Source: Antedon mediterranea (Eukaryota > Animalia > Echinodermata). Taken from it: a stretch of 64,000 nt of DNA. The stretch is from NCBI RefSeq assembly GCF_964355755.1, contig NC_092676.1, positions 17,502,871-17,566,870 of the forward strand, given 5' to 3'. Within the stretch, counting starts at the first letter, position 1, and each line of letters starts with the position of its first letter. Of the stretch, positions 12,701 to 27,700 are shown in pieces. A model generated the notes under the pieces. The model was not told where the DNA came from and ran no database searches. It worked only from the letters and a program-made list of their open reading frames with translations. The position numbers and the translations under genes are program-made.

Positions 12701-15700
12701 TTATGTATGCCTACTAGTTAAAACTAAAACCTACTCAACACAAATCTATTTTTCTGCAAGATCATTAAAATATTATACACTTTGATTATAAACATTTTTA
12801 CCACCGAAAATATTCAAGTAAAATCTTTGTTGCACCATTATTTATTTATAAGACATTTCTCTAAATGTAATTTAAATTTAATATCAACATGTCAATTTAA
12901 TTATTCTATATATGTCCAATAATGTGTCTGTGTGTGTCAGCAGCTACACTAAAACCAACAGCAACAGAAAAATGAATAACTTACAGTGTCAGAAGACTTG
13001 AGTGGCTTGTAAATGAACCATCTGGAATGCTGGCAATACTATTGCCCGATAAATCTAGTTCGTTAATAGTCTGTCCAGATAGGGCGGTAGCTGGGAATTC
13101 TGTCAAGGCATTGTTCGAAAGATATCTAAAACAATGATCATTGTATTGATGTTACTGTATAAAACATATAATTTCCGAATGTTTTAAGTGACTTTCATTA
13201 TTAGGCATATTATATTAAAACTAGGAATTAAATAGACTTAAACAAATGAGTGGTATATGCCTAACTTTTTAAAGCTAACGTGGCATATAATTCATTATCA
13301 ATTACAAGATCTGAAGATTAAGTCAAATATATTTAAGATCTTTACATTATTACCATTAACTACGAGAACAAAGGAATCTCATCTCCATTAATTTTGGATT
13401 GAAAAATACTGTATCAGAAGTACATTATGCGCTACTCTATGACTAAAAATGACACTGCCTATTATCTTTTTGAAATGTTACGTATTTTTTATAAACAGGA
13501 GATTCTTGCGTTATATAGTACGTTCTTTGCATTTCAATTTACTCACATAAATGTAGTAGAAACACCATCGAATGTGTTGCCAGGTATTGATGAAATCTCA
13601 TTATTTTCCATATGCCTTTAGGAAAAAAATATAATATAATATTATAGAGTATACTTTACCTGTTCTTGTAATGTAAAATTCCTGTTTAAAGTCCCTAAAC
13701 TAAGATTACAATGTATCCTTACCCATAATATGTTATCAAACATGTTTACGTATTTGGACAGTGAATCTGATTTTTTTGCAGTCAAACCCACTCCACTTTA
13801 TGTCATTGAAACAAACATGCATTCTCTAAACAAGCTTATTTTTCTCACATCATAATATATTCAATGTGATATACACAAGACAATTGTTGTTGTGATCATT
13901 TATAATTTAATAAATATTAATAATTTTCCTGACAACATGGTTGATTCGACAAAGTGGTTTCCTTATCTTAATTGTTAAAGGTAATTAAAAAATATGAAAC
14001 TTCAATATTAATATAATGAACAGATTCTATACTTACAATTCATAAACCGAGGATCCACTATCACCAAACATGTTTCCCTTTAGTGTTGTGATGCCGTTAT
14101 ATTTAAGATCCCTTTCGGATATATATGATATATTATATAAAATACAATGAAATTTTTGTGTTTTCCGTAAGTGGTGGAAATGGAAATATGACTTATACTA
14201 ATCGTCTAAGGTACATCTGGCAAAGTTATGTAAATATTTTTAATGTGCAAAAACAAATTGATATTAAACACCTACAAAAGGCCGGTTTCCCCCTCAATTA
14301 TAATGCCACATTATAAAAGAAAAAACATATTATACCTGAAAAACTGTAATGCAATCAGACATTTTTTTGTGTGTGTTAAATTTAACAATTCATTTGGTCT
14401 TTTTATAAGTTTTTGTGGGTGGGGGGTTCAAATTTAATCATAAATCATAACACTCTATTGATGAAAAAACACTACTGTGTCGACAATTACCTTGCAAATT
14501 AAACTATTAAAAAATCTGTTGAATAAATGTATACCTTTCCATTGTTACAAAGATATTTTAAGAACATATTAACCTTCCTCTTATCTCCCTTACTCAGTTT
14601 CTTTAAAACTTGTTAAATTACAATGAATGTATTCTACTCACAGTTGATCAGTTACGGTAACTTTTGAAAATGCTTCTTCTTCAATTGTTTTTATACTGTT
14701 AGGATATAAATTCCTGTTGGTAAAAACATAAATGTTATCCAATTAACAATTCCTGAGCATATATACACAACATTTGCACTACCTACAAATCTATGAGAAA
14801 AATATATTATTTATTGAATGTTTTTAGCATTTATTTTATTTTTTTTTTTTTTTAACCTTCCTACTCAAAACTTTGACAAACATAGGAAAGGGAAAAGCAA
14901 GATTGTTCATGCATGGATGGTAATTTGCCTATTTAACACAACGATAATAATGGGGAGAGCTTTCGATTGGCGATGACCGATGACCAAAATACGTCATTGG
15001 AATATTAAGACTTGTGTCCTTGTTCCTCACATCGACACAGGTTTAATGGTTTCCATGTCCAGACGACAACCAACGACACATCGATTGACCTGACCTAGGT
15101 TGGTCCTCGGTCGTAATAAGAATTGCAGTCACCATAAGTAATGTTTTTGTAAAATCTATACTTACAAGTCTTCACAAGAGACATCACTAAATGTAAAGCT
15201 GTTAAGCGTTGTTAATTCCAAACTATACAGATTTCTGAAAATGAATTAAATCATAATCTCTAAATCAAAAGCTAATTTATTGAAGAAAGGATACTATTAC
15301 ACATACTATTTATACGTTATGTTCTGTTTTAATATCCATTTGTAAAAATGACAGTAACTCTATTTTTAATTCATTCTGGATAGTGCACCTTCGCCTATGT
15401 ACATTATCAACCAACATTAAATAAGAAAACCACGTATTACTTACAGAGTTCGTGCGTTTACTGAATTAAAAGCATGCGGTTCTAACACCTTCAATGGATT
15501 TCCAATCAAAGATCTGTATAATTTAAAATGGAAAAATTGTATACCAAAACATTAGGCCTACCACATACACCTATCACGTCATCTACATAAATAATTATTG
15601 CTGCAGTATTGGTAAAATTTAGAAAAAGGTGGAACAATGTTCTGTACAGTAACAATACTTACATTGTTGACGATGATCCAGAGGTTGTATTAAATCCATA

Positions 15701-18700
15701 CTCTGCTATATATGATATCTGATTGTTGCTCAAGTCACTAAAAATACAATTCAATGTTAATAAATTTCAAATTAAAAAAAATCATAAAATTTATAAAGAT
15801 TAAAATCTCAATCTTAATAATAATTATATCCTAATAACTAATTTCATCTGAAATCCACTTTTAAGTACTGTGATAGTTACTGAAACTCATATAAAGGCAA
15901 AACAAATTCCATGTACAAAAGTTCATATCTGAGCAAGAAAATGACTTACAGTGTTTGAGATACAGATAAGTCCTTGAAAGAATTGGTTGGAACATCTGTT
16001 ATTCTATTATTCTGCAAATACCTTTAAAATAAGAGGAAACAAACTTAAATGCATAATTGTACAATACTTATTATTGAATTGGAAATTTGAAGATAATAAT
16101 GGTTGTTTATCAACAGTTTCATACTGTAGAAAGGCCTATTATGCTATATTACTAAATGTAAATATTACTAAATTTGTAATAGCATGAAAAGAACTGTTTC
16201 TGCCGATTTTCAATTAAATTAACGTTATGGAGCATTTGCATTTAATTATTGAAATGTATTTTCCCAAATGTTAAGTACAATAATAAAAAAAAATAACAAT
16301 TCTGGCAGTCAATTTGATCATTTTTAAACTGTTTTTATTATATATTTTATCCTTATTTTACAAGAATTAAACAGGGATATGACGGTCTGATAAGTGATAA
16401 TGGACTTGTTCAGATCGTTTACTTTACATTTTAGATCATTCAGTATTTCATAATACTGTTGGACACATATTATCAATCTAACTTCAGTTATTTAAAATCT
16501 AATAATAGTAGAATTTTTTGGTTAAATGTTCTGTGTTTAAAACCCTATAGAATGTATGACTCATCAAAATAAGCTAAAAATTAAAGCCCCTACTTAAAAA
16601 TGCCTTACAAGTATGTCATAGATTTTGAATGAAAGTCTCCGCCTTGTGGTATTCGTGACAGTTCATTATTTTGCAAATATAAAATTGAAATTGTTGGTCT
16701 ATTGGCGAAGGTTCCATCCTCTATGTATGCAATTTCATTTGACTGGAAATTTCCTGTGCTTGTTAGAGGGCAGTCTTCAAAAGATGTGATAAGGAGACGA
16801 CCCAGCTTGTTATTAGATAAATCTCTGAAATGTAAAATTTAAAGTTTCTAAAATTATAAAATGTCTGTCTGGATTTTTGGAAAATATTATTTATTAAATT
16901 TCACTTAAAAAGAATTCAGCCTAGGCCTATGTTGAACTTTCAACAAAACTAGCATTGAATCAATCAATCAACCTTAAACCAATTATGGACCATAAAACTT
17001 ACAGAGATGTAAGACTGGTGCATCCATCTAGAGCTGTGTCTGGAATCTCATCGATATTGTTACTTCCAAGATCAAGAATTTGTAGATTACTCATGTTACG
17101 AAATGGATTTTCATGTAGAAAGTGAAATTGATTTGATTGTAAATTTCTAAAAAGAATATAAATTTACATAATCAAAATATTTCCTTTTAATTATAGAATC
17201 TTTCACTATAAAAATTAAAATTTTAAATAAATATTCTATGTTTTTCCAAATTTCTAACATAACCGATCATGGGTGTGCCATATCCACAGAATATATGTTT
17301 GTATAGCATATATTTTTCAAAATCTAAATTGTGTACTTCTTCTAAATTGTGTACTTTTAAGTTGTTACAAAAGTTGTATCAAAATATATTAACCAAAAAC
17401 CAATAAATTAATAATTGATTTCAATATACTTGACATATTTATAGAATATTACTTACATTGAAGTCAAACCTAATGGAAATGTACCATCTTCTATTGAGAG
17501 TATGACATTTGATTGAAGGGCTATTGTACGCAAGGTGGATAGACTTGAGAATGTATCGGCCAATAAAAACGCAATCTTGTTATTATTGAGTTCTCTGTGT
17601 AATTAAATAATATAATACACAAAATATAGTAAAGTATTCACTATAATAACAGTATGTGTAGAAACGTTTGAATTTTAAAAGGAAACAACATTCACTGGTG
17701 AAGTTTAATTGAATTCAAGATTCAAGATTCAAGAAATTTTATTTGTCCATAAAAATGGAAATTCACTTTGCTTGGTAGATTAAAACAACAATATTGCAAC
17801 AATTTAAAAACGTGCAGTATTATAACAGATTAAAAATACAAGATAAAAAGTTAAAAATACTGTTAAAAATGTAAAACTATTAAAAATTGCATTAACGTCT
17901 TACATTAGAATTAAAAATATGAATGCTATTTACAACGAAGGATTTTCTAGTTCTACAAAGATTTGCTCTTGGAGGTCGTAGCCTAATGCCTGATCTATTT
18001 AAGTTATAACAGTAATGTAACGGATGAGTGGGGTCTTTCATAATATTGTTTACTTTTTTTAGAATACTCTTTTCATAGATAAATGAACAAGGCGTAAGAT
18101 CAGCTTTAATAATACGTTGTGCAATTTTACGTGGTCTCTCAATATTTTTCTTATCATTTTCAGTAAAGTTACCATAAAAACATCCAATGCTAAAAGATAA
18201 AATACTTTGAATAATACTTTGATAAAATAGAATTAAAATAGTGTTATCAACTCTAATTTGCTTGAGTTTTCTGAGAAAGTAGAGCCTTTGAGATGCCTTC
18301 TTGGAAATCATGAGAGAGTTTGACTCCCATTTTAATTTGTTGTCAATTATAGTACCTAAGTATTTGTATTGGGTTACTCTTTCAACCTCGGAATAAAATG
18401 TAAATACGACTTTAAATAACTTTATATCTCCAGAGAAAGTTATGAAGACAAAATAATACTGTATGAATGGTCTTGAACTTCAGCAAATAGCAAATAAAGG
18501 CAGGATATCCATTATATAAAATGTACATACTGTTGTGGTTCCTATTTACAATTGGCATAATTATAAAGCCAACCCAGGCATTGTAGAAAAGTGATAAACA
18601 ACCAACTGGAGCAAATTGGGTTTAGTCTCCAAGATTTTATTCTATGATGATTTTTATATGAATATAAACAAGGATAAACTGGCAAATGTTTTTTCTACAC

Positions 18701-21700
18701 AGAACCAAGTTTAGAAAACACATGTTATTTGATCACTTACAGTGTATTGATATATGGCAATCGACTTTCATTTTTAACAGCATCAGGAACATATTTAAAA
18801 ACGTTATATCCAAGTTGTCTATAAAAAAAAGTAAAATCAGAAGCTAAATTACTCACATCATGCTGTTTGATAAGTAGTTATTTTTACTATATTGCATTTT
18901 CATGCAATATGTTAAATTATCTGGCAGTAGTGCTATAATAATCAATTTAAACTTAAATTACAGGACAATGTGAATTTCCTTAACTTAGGCAAATTAACAA
19001 GAACTAAAATTTAATTCGTCACTTTGACGAATTGTTGGTGATCATCGTTATAATTTTACTGACATTTAATTTTTTAAAACATGCACGTATGTTAAAATAT
19101 GATCACAAAATGTTGATTATATATACAAAATCGTATTTTTACGCTTCCTAAGAATACGATATTTTTAAGAACGCTCTAATTTTATCAAAACTGAATTTTG
19201 AACTTTTTCAATTTTTAACGCACATGACCCTATGTACGCGTGCGTTTTTATTTGTTAATGTTTTTACCCTTGACCTGAAATTTACGTATAGTAAATGTTA
19301 TTGATGTGTGTGATGATGAGTTATGGAGATATTGTAAAATTAAACTTAAAGATGTATTGTCCCCCTGAAAAAATAATTCTTAAAAAATGTTTTGTTGAAT
19401 ATTCCATTTTAATGTAACATAATAGTTATTATTTTGTCATTTTATAAGTAAAAACATTTTTGTTTTCGTTTTTTTATGGAAGTGATTAACTTTATAACAT
19501 ATTCAAAGTCTGATTTAATTAATCTTCATGTTTCATGTTTTTGGGGGACAATACAGCTTTAATCATTGACATTAAACTTTTTGAGATATTTGTTACATAA
19601 AATCTGTACAGAAAGATATATAGTAAGACGATTCATAGGCCTACATCATTTTATTCTAAATGATCACCTAATAATACATAAATTGGACTTACAATTCATA
19701 AAGGTTCGATAGACATGAAAATGACTCGGTTTCCAGTGTAGTCTCATCTAGCAAATTTGAATCAAGGTTAAGATTTTGGAGGGATTGTAAATTACACAAA
19801 TCACCCTCATTTAATCCTTCTATAGCATTGGTGGAGAGATCTCTGTAAACAAAAATTGAGTTAAAAATTACATTATACATGTCCAAAAGTTTATATCCAA
19901 AAATGTCATCAAAAATTAATACATTTATTGCAACTAAAATGTTGTATTTCAAAAATTAAAATACATAGGCATAATCGACAAGAAGTACACAGCATGTATT
20001 CCATAGAAAAATGTTTCTAAAATCTATTTTATATTGATGTTTTGTTGTTGAAACTACAGAATACTTACAAATCTGTGAGACTTGACAACATGAGGAATGG
20101 ATCATGCGAATTCAACTTGTACTTGTAGTATGTTAGTGATGATGCTGAAAATGCATCCTCAGCATATATTGTTATGTTGCTGATATCATTGTGATCTAAA
20201 TACCTGTTAAAAGAATTAATTACATAAGGTCATGCCATAGAACCACACTCAGGTGTGAGAAGCTGCCCTAACCTGTTACACTATTCTTGATTTAGACATT
20301 AAAAATTATTTGAAAAGTAGGGCGACAGGTACAGTTCTCTCGCTGGCGTGGGATTATGAAGATTTATATTTCCATTACTTGTGACAATTAATAACTCCAG
20401 AATTAGACTTATTACTTACTCTATGCAGTGAATGAAATGAGTTACAGTACCACCAGCATTATTATTGTTACAATGTATTGGTTCTTAGAATGATTAATTA
20501 TTTATCACAATGTCGTAAGATCACAAACAAATAAAATATTCTATTCACATGAAACTTACAGGAATTCCAATTTTGGGTAAGATTCTTCGGATAACACTGG
20601 ATGTGGAAAAGTTGTTAGTGCGTTATCACTAAGCCATAAATTAACAAGTTCATCACCAATTCCTTGGAAAGCATCATACATTATTACAGATAGCATGTTA
20701 GGTATGTCATCTTCCTGAGAATGTAGAATCCTGCAATACAAATAAACACTCCCAAGAAATCATGTTATAGAGGGAAAAGTTAGCCGATACTCCTCAGTGG
20801 AGATAAGTACGGAAACTCTCGGATAGATGCTATTATGAGTTCTGAGAAATGTAAAAGCTTTATATAACTTATTTAACAAATAAGTAGATATGTTCACCCA
20901 GTTGATATGTATATTCTCTATTTCTATAGTTTTGTATATTAGCTACTTTAAAAAGTAAAATGTTGCACTGGTAGTTTTTAGTTTTTCCAATTAATTATTG
21001 ATGACAAGAACACAGCCTGATGAAGTAAACAATTCATTTTAATGAGCAAGCAATCTACACACATAGTGGTAGCACTGAGCATAGGTAATTATTATAGCAA
21101 TATTCTGTATCATCATACCAAGAATTAAAGGATTATAACTTACAAAGTTTGCAACTTTGGTAGGTTGGTAAAATACTTGGATCCAATGGTTGTAAACTGA
21201 TTTTGATTCAATCCTCTGTATAAGTTAACACATATCATATGAAATTGTATAAATTATATATATGTTGTAAGATTAAAATAAAGAATAGTGGAATATTTAA
21301 GGTAGGGTAGTACAGTACTTCCAATAATATGTATTTACCTCTGTGAGCAACTAAACAAACATGATAAAGGTTTCTACAGGTATTATTAGTTATTCAATTC
21401 AACTGTACTTAAATTTATATATGTTTATTATATTTTTTTCTTTGTTAAAATGGATACAGTGGTTTAGTTCAGTCAACTATTTCTCCTACTTAACACTTAC
21501 AAATGTAAAAGTTCTGGTACGTTAGCAAATACATTTGGATTCAAACTGGATAGCTTGTTTTCATGAAGCTCCCTGAAAATAAATGGAAATTTTGCTGATA
21601 TTCTAGCAAATTGCATAACCGAGGGATGGGAGAGGGAGGCTTCTTTTAGCATTCACTAAAGGAAAGGTATCTAATACTTGTAGTAATGGTCAGAAAAAAA

Positions 21701-24700
21701 TAAAAAGTATAGATTATACCATATGTATCACATAACTTATACATACATTATTGTATGATTGTGACATTATGGTGTTTTAAATTATAAAAAAATATACTTA
21801 CAGTATCTTAAGGGACTTCAGCTGAGAGAATGATTTGGGAGCTATGTAGTTGATTACATTATTGCTGAAGTTGCTGTAAAATTAAGAAAATATAAAAATA
21901 ATACTATACAATGAAACTTACTGTATACTTTTAATGGAGGTTCATTAGTTATTTTGAATGGAAGGAATAATGGACCATCCATCAACATAATCATCATAAT
22001 CATAATCATCAACATAATTATCTCCATTTAAGTCTATTCATATTATTTTAGTATCTTTATTATTTTGGGATCATTCTATTTATTTTGTTTTTATACCCCA
22101 AAATTACAAATAATGTTGGAGGGATTATTCCGAATGGTAAAAGTTTTTAAAAAGTGTCTATATGACTTACAGATGCTGGACATCAGACACTGCTAATGCC
22201 TCTATATTTCTCTTTGAAATACTTTCCAACAAATTTTGATCAATGGACAGAAAAAGTAGGTGATTCAACTTGGTTACAGCATCTGTTGGGAACTTAGTCA
22301 TCTGATTCATACTAAGACCTCTAAATTCAATTAAACAAAAATGGAATAATATGGTGAATTGTAGTGTTCGTCCGTTTTGCAATATTTTATGTTTAGTGTC
22401 ATGAACACTGTAGGCCTACTATTTTTATATAGCACAGTGGTAGTTACAGTAGTTAAAACTATTTACCACTGGCTAAAGGAGATTACATCGACACCCATAG
22501 TGGTTTATGAATTTAAACATGGTTAGATTGTTAACTTATAACAATTCTTATCTAAACCTGTACATGTGTGCTTTATTACTTCCATCAAGGAGGATAATGT
22601 TTCACCTGCCGTTGTTTGTTTGTTTGCTTGTATCTGTGTGAATGATGTTGATATAACGATGAGGAAAGACAAAAGCCAATTCAACACATTTTTCTTTTTT
22701 GTGAAACCTTTGCAACTATAATACGTTATAATGTATAATGCAATATGGTATGATCAATATTTCCAATTAATTAATTCTTTCAACATATTTTAATAAATTT
22801 AATATGATATTGCCGTCCAAGTAAATTGAATCACCATGGTTATTTGTAATTAAATTTTAATTTCCTTTTCGTCAAACATGAATATTGAGAAGCTAATAAA
22901 ATGTTAATTTTGCGTTGTATAGTTTTGAAAGGATTTAATAATACTCACAAGAACTGAATATTGGAATTTGAGAAGAATCCACTGGGCAGTCTATCAATCG
23001 CATTATTCACCAAGTTTCTATATTAAATAAACAAGAAAATATAATTTGCATAGGTGAAAGTTCATTAAAATGTACAAAATATTGCTTGAATTCTTCTATT
23101 GTATTAATGTATTTCTAGTAATTATTTAGATTGATTGATTTAATTAATTTATAGAGGTTAGTATACTTAAAGCTAATAAATATTTTAATTCAACTTGTTA
23201 GTTGCGAAGGTATGTCTTCACTTTATTATTTTGTTTACTGCAGTTTAGTAGATAGACACAAGTACTTGGGATTAATAATTGATAATGAACTAAACAGGGA
23301 AAGCAACAGTAGGGAACTTTGTACCACCAACGTGAATAAGAGAATGTAATTTGTTTCACGTTTCAAGTTTCAATTTATTTATCGAACACAAAAAGTAAAA
23401 CAGGTGATAAAAAAAGATGCATTGTGAACGGTTAGATGTTCCATTTTATTTATATGTTTTATTCTTACAAATATTCTTATATATATTATTTGAATTATTC
23501 GTATCAATGTTAAAAGTAAAAGTCAAATTCAGAGAATTGTAAGTATGGCCAGCAGAGTTATTGGTATTGAATTGAAAAATCCCTGAATGATGTTTAAAAC
23601 ATTTATACTTTTAGCTCAATTATGCAAGACTCATCCCATCCATTACATTCAAACAGTATTATTAGCCGATCAGAGGACTAGAACCGTTTCAGATTCTCAA
23701 CATGCACGTGACAAAATGTTTAAACCATAGTAATGTGTATTATATTTTATTTAACTATTTATCACGTTGTATTTTTTAATGATTCTACTTGGTACAAAAC
23801 ATTATCTCGAAATCGCATTTGACAATAAGGTTTACTTGTATCTCGTACAGTATATCTTATTACTTCGACTTACAGTGAATGATGAAATAAAATACTGCTC
23901 TACTATGATCGCACGCTTGCATTGTATTGAATATTGGCTGTTTTATATTTGATCACAGTATGTACACATATACATTCAGTGCTTCATATGTTTATATAAA
24001 ACAAACATAAAGATGATGATGTAAATAAAATATTATTAAGTATCTACTTACACATGCGTCAATGAAGCTGGCAAGCCTTTGAAGTCAAATTGTGAATTAA
24101 ATTTTAAACGACTTTCAGAAATCTCACTATAAAAACACAAAAACATAATAGAATAGAATGGGCTACATTTCCTGAATAAAAAAATTTGAAAGCCTGGGTT
24201 TGAGTGATTGAACAAAGCATAATTGGAAAACGTTAACATGCAAATAATTAACAGAAGATTGCCTGCAGTGAAGTATACGAAACCAAAATAAAGGTTTATA
24301 AAACAGAAAGAAACATTTCTAAATCAAAAATATGTACACTGTTCTTAAACAGTAACATTTAAATTTCTGCATAATAAAATGTCATCTGCCCAAATAAACT
24401 CGCACTTCATATCAACAAAATGGTCTAATTACACTATAATGCCCTCAGTATTGCAGGGCCATATACAAGTTTTAAGAGCGGCTATCCCTGTATCTACCTT
24501 CATTTCCCATAACCTGTTCATCCCCTCATAACCTTATGCCTTACATAGGACTACTTTATTTCATCATTTTGGTCATTTACTATTTGCAATGTTATAGGTA
24601 GCTGTGGCAACATTGATCATGATACCATAATAACCGATGTATTCCTAAAACGCCACGGTAATTTTTTGTTGAGTAAATGAACATGCATACTACACACGAT

Positions 24701-27700
24701 AATTATGTGTAGAAACCTTTTATGGACAACAAATAATCATAATTATTCATACATTAGTAAATATTTAGACAGGACCACAGTACAAAGCAGGTTATTCTTT
24801 TCCCTGATTGTGAAATCCTGGATTAATAAGTTGTTTATAATTAAATAATTAATTGACTTACAGAATTTTTAAACTTGTGCATCCAGATATATCTGGAAAT
24901 TCTGCTAAATCAGTTTGATGTATAATTCTGCATGAATTGAAAAAGAAAATACCAATATTGAAAGGCTATTGTAGGCCAAAATGTATTGTAAGATTCTGAA
25001 TGTGGTTCATAATACAACATAAATAATAGTGTTCTGTTATTATAATATTAAACAAATATTTACATAAACAACAAAACTGTCAGTATTACAGCGTCAATTA
25101 AGCTCCAATAAAAAGCGATATAGCAATGAAACACGGTCATATTTTATTATGCTAATACACTAGTCGTAATGTAGTTTAATTATTTTCACAGTTGTTTTAA
25201 CAGATATTTTCACACATGTGTCACTTATAGTATTAGTCTGGTACACCATCTAGTACAGGCATATTAAAATGTAAAAATAAATTAAAGCATTATTTAAAGT
25301 AGCAGTATGCAAAATACTTACAGTTTTTCCAAGCTGGTTAGTAGAGAAAATGTTCCATCAAAAATCAATTTAAGGTTTCCAATGATAGTACTGTAACAGA
25401 TTAGAATGAGACACAAGATTATATAATCATTGTGCAATAAGATGAAAAATTTAATAAATAATAGTAATAGGAGGCCTTATTATAATACTTTTTTTTTTTG
25501 CTGTATTCTTTTATAAACATATATTACATTTGTACCTATGTTATATTAGTTGTTACTGCAGTTTGCATTTAGTTATTTATTCCTTTAATCTAAGTTTCTT
25601 TCCTTGAATATTCATTTTTTCTGTTTCATAAAGGTGTTCTTCTACAAGACCGTGATCAACTAACAGTAATACAATACAAATTTAAAAATAACAAATTTTA
25701 AAAATAAAAAATTAGAGAACAAAAATATATAAACAGAAACCGTAATTACAATTTTGCTGAGAGTACAAAATAAATAATAAATTACACCAATAATTTTTTT
25801 TAAGTATTTATATTTGTGGCATTTTGCATTGGTTTTTCTAAAGTATTCCATAATCTAGCACCATGATATGAAAAACCTTTTAAGTAAAGTACTTCCTTTA
25901 ATATGCACCATCCACAATAATGTCAACATTTGCAAAGTAATTCCAAAACAAAATAAAATCCCAGAAATATCCAATAGAAAAAAAGTGTAAATATTAATAA
26001 AACTGTAGAGTGAGAGCTGGTAAAAAAAAAACAATGGCTGCTTATGCACTTGCACAGACATGTACCCTTGCACAGACAAACAACAACTGAACAGAACAAA
26101 AGAAAATCAGGACAAGGGAAACAAAGGAGAAACAGCACACTGTGCACACTTGGCAAATAATATGTAAATGAGAATGCAAATAAGAAAGTAACAGAATAAA
26201 TGAATATTCAAAGGAGAAACTTAACTAAACTTAGATTAAAAGAAACTAAAGTAATAATATTAAAGTAATAAACTATATGCAAACTGCAGTAACATTAGTA
26301 TCTCATCTCAGTCCCCGTAAAGCTTGGTTCCCACTAGAACGTAACGCAAGGACGTAAACGCAACGCAAGCGTGTTAACCAATGAAAAGCGAAGTTATAGA
26401 CAGTTGGCAATCACAAGCGAATAAGCCATCGCTTGTGATTGGTCAATTCACTTGCGTTGCGTTACGTCCTTGCGTTGCGTCGCTAGTGGGAACCAAGCAT
26501 TAACCCCGTACAAGAACAACACACGGCATACCAAACCGTGTCGTACAACTACGATGAGATCTAAATTCTCTTCTAAACACGTAACGAACACGTAACGAAG
26601 AGAATTACTAAATTTCATTATAACATGATATAAAATGTATTATCTTATCTTATACTGCAATTAATACATATGGTATTGTTAAACCGAGCAAAACTCCAAA
26701 ACATTGAACAAAAATCCTTTAAAACTTTTTAATATTGATTTTATCGTGACTAAAAGCCCATTTACACTATACCGATCAACGATCGTTGTATTGTTACGAT
26801 ATTAAGGTTCTTATTGATCATGACGTCATTGGATTTTTAAAAATAGTATTGTCATCAAATGCAGCAAAAATGGTTATCATATAGTTCTAAGATGACAACG
26901 TTTCTTTTCTTTTTAAAAGTGTACGTTTATCTTTTTATCATTATTAAATAAAATTTCTTTTTGAACAACCAAAAACTAATATAAGCGAACTTACAGAACG
27001 TTTCAAAACATATCAAAAAGAAATTTTATTTAATACCTATTCCACAACCAGATGAAATTCTTCAAACAAATATCTGTTATCGTTGATCCTTATCGTCCTT
27101 GTGTAAATGGGCTTTTAGACGGATTTCACTGTGAAAAGTATGCTCACATGACACATACCCACAGTCGTGCAAATATTCTCCAAACTACTTAAATTGATTA
27201 TATCACAATTTGAGTATTATCTGATTTGTATGTTGGAACTGGTCATTATTCTTACTGAATATAATTAACAAGGGTCAAAAAAGTACTATGACAATTTAAT
27301 TAAAAGATTGTTTAATATCATCATGGATTGCAGATTTGCAGAATTGTCATGAAATAGAAGATAAACAAGAATCATTTGAGAATAGTGGAGCTAGAATTTA
27401 GAAGTTGGTCTTATTAGCTTATTAGTTCACATTATTAGCCTAGGTGCAGGATTACATCTGTTAAACTTTTCAGACATTGTTGAAAGAGCCCATCATGCAG
27501 TACATACAGTTGAATAATTAGTGTGATCAATCAAATTAAAATATACCTTAACACTTTACAATAACCTTAAGTTAGGAGGAATTATAAAAATAGTAAACAT
27601 TTAGCTTCCTTCATGTGTGATTATTGTTATTTTTACTATCAGTTGACAGAAATGTATGTAAAGGCCTCATATTAATAGTAGGCTCTAGACTATATATTAT

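Noticed and set aside
14950-15125. GC-richer intronic patch with weak inverted ends (possible MITE)
   Set aside because: TIRs are too degenerate and no TSD is visible.
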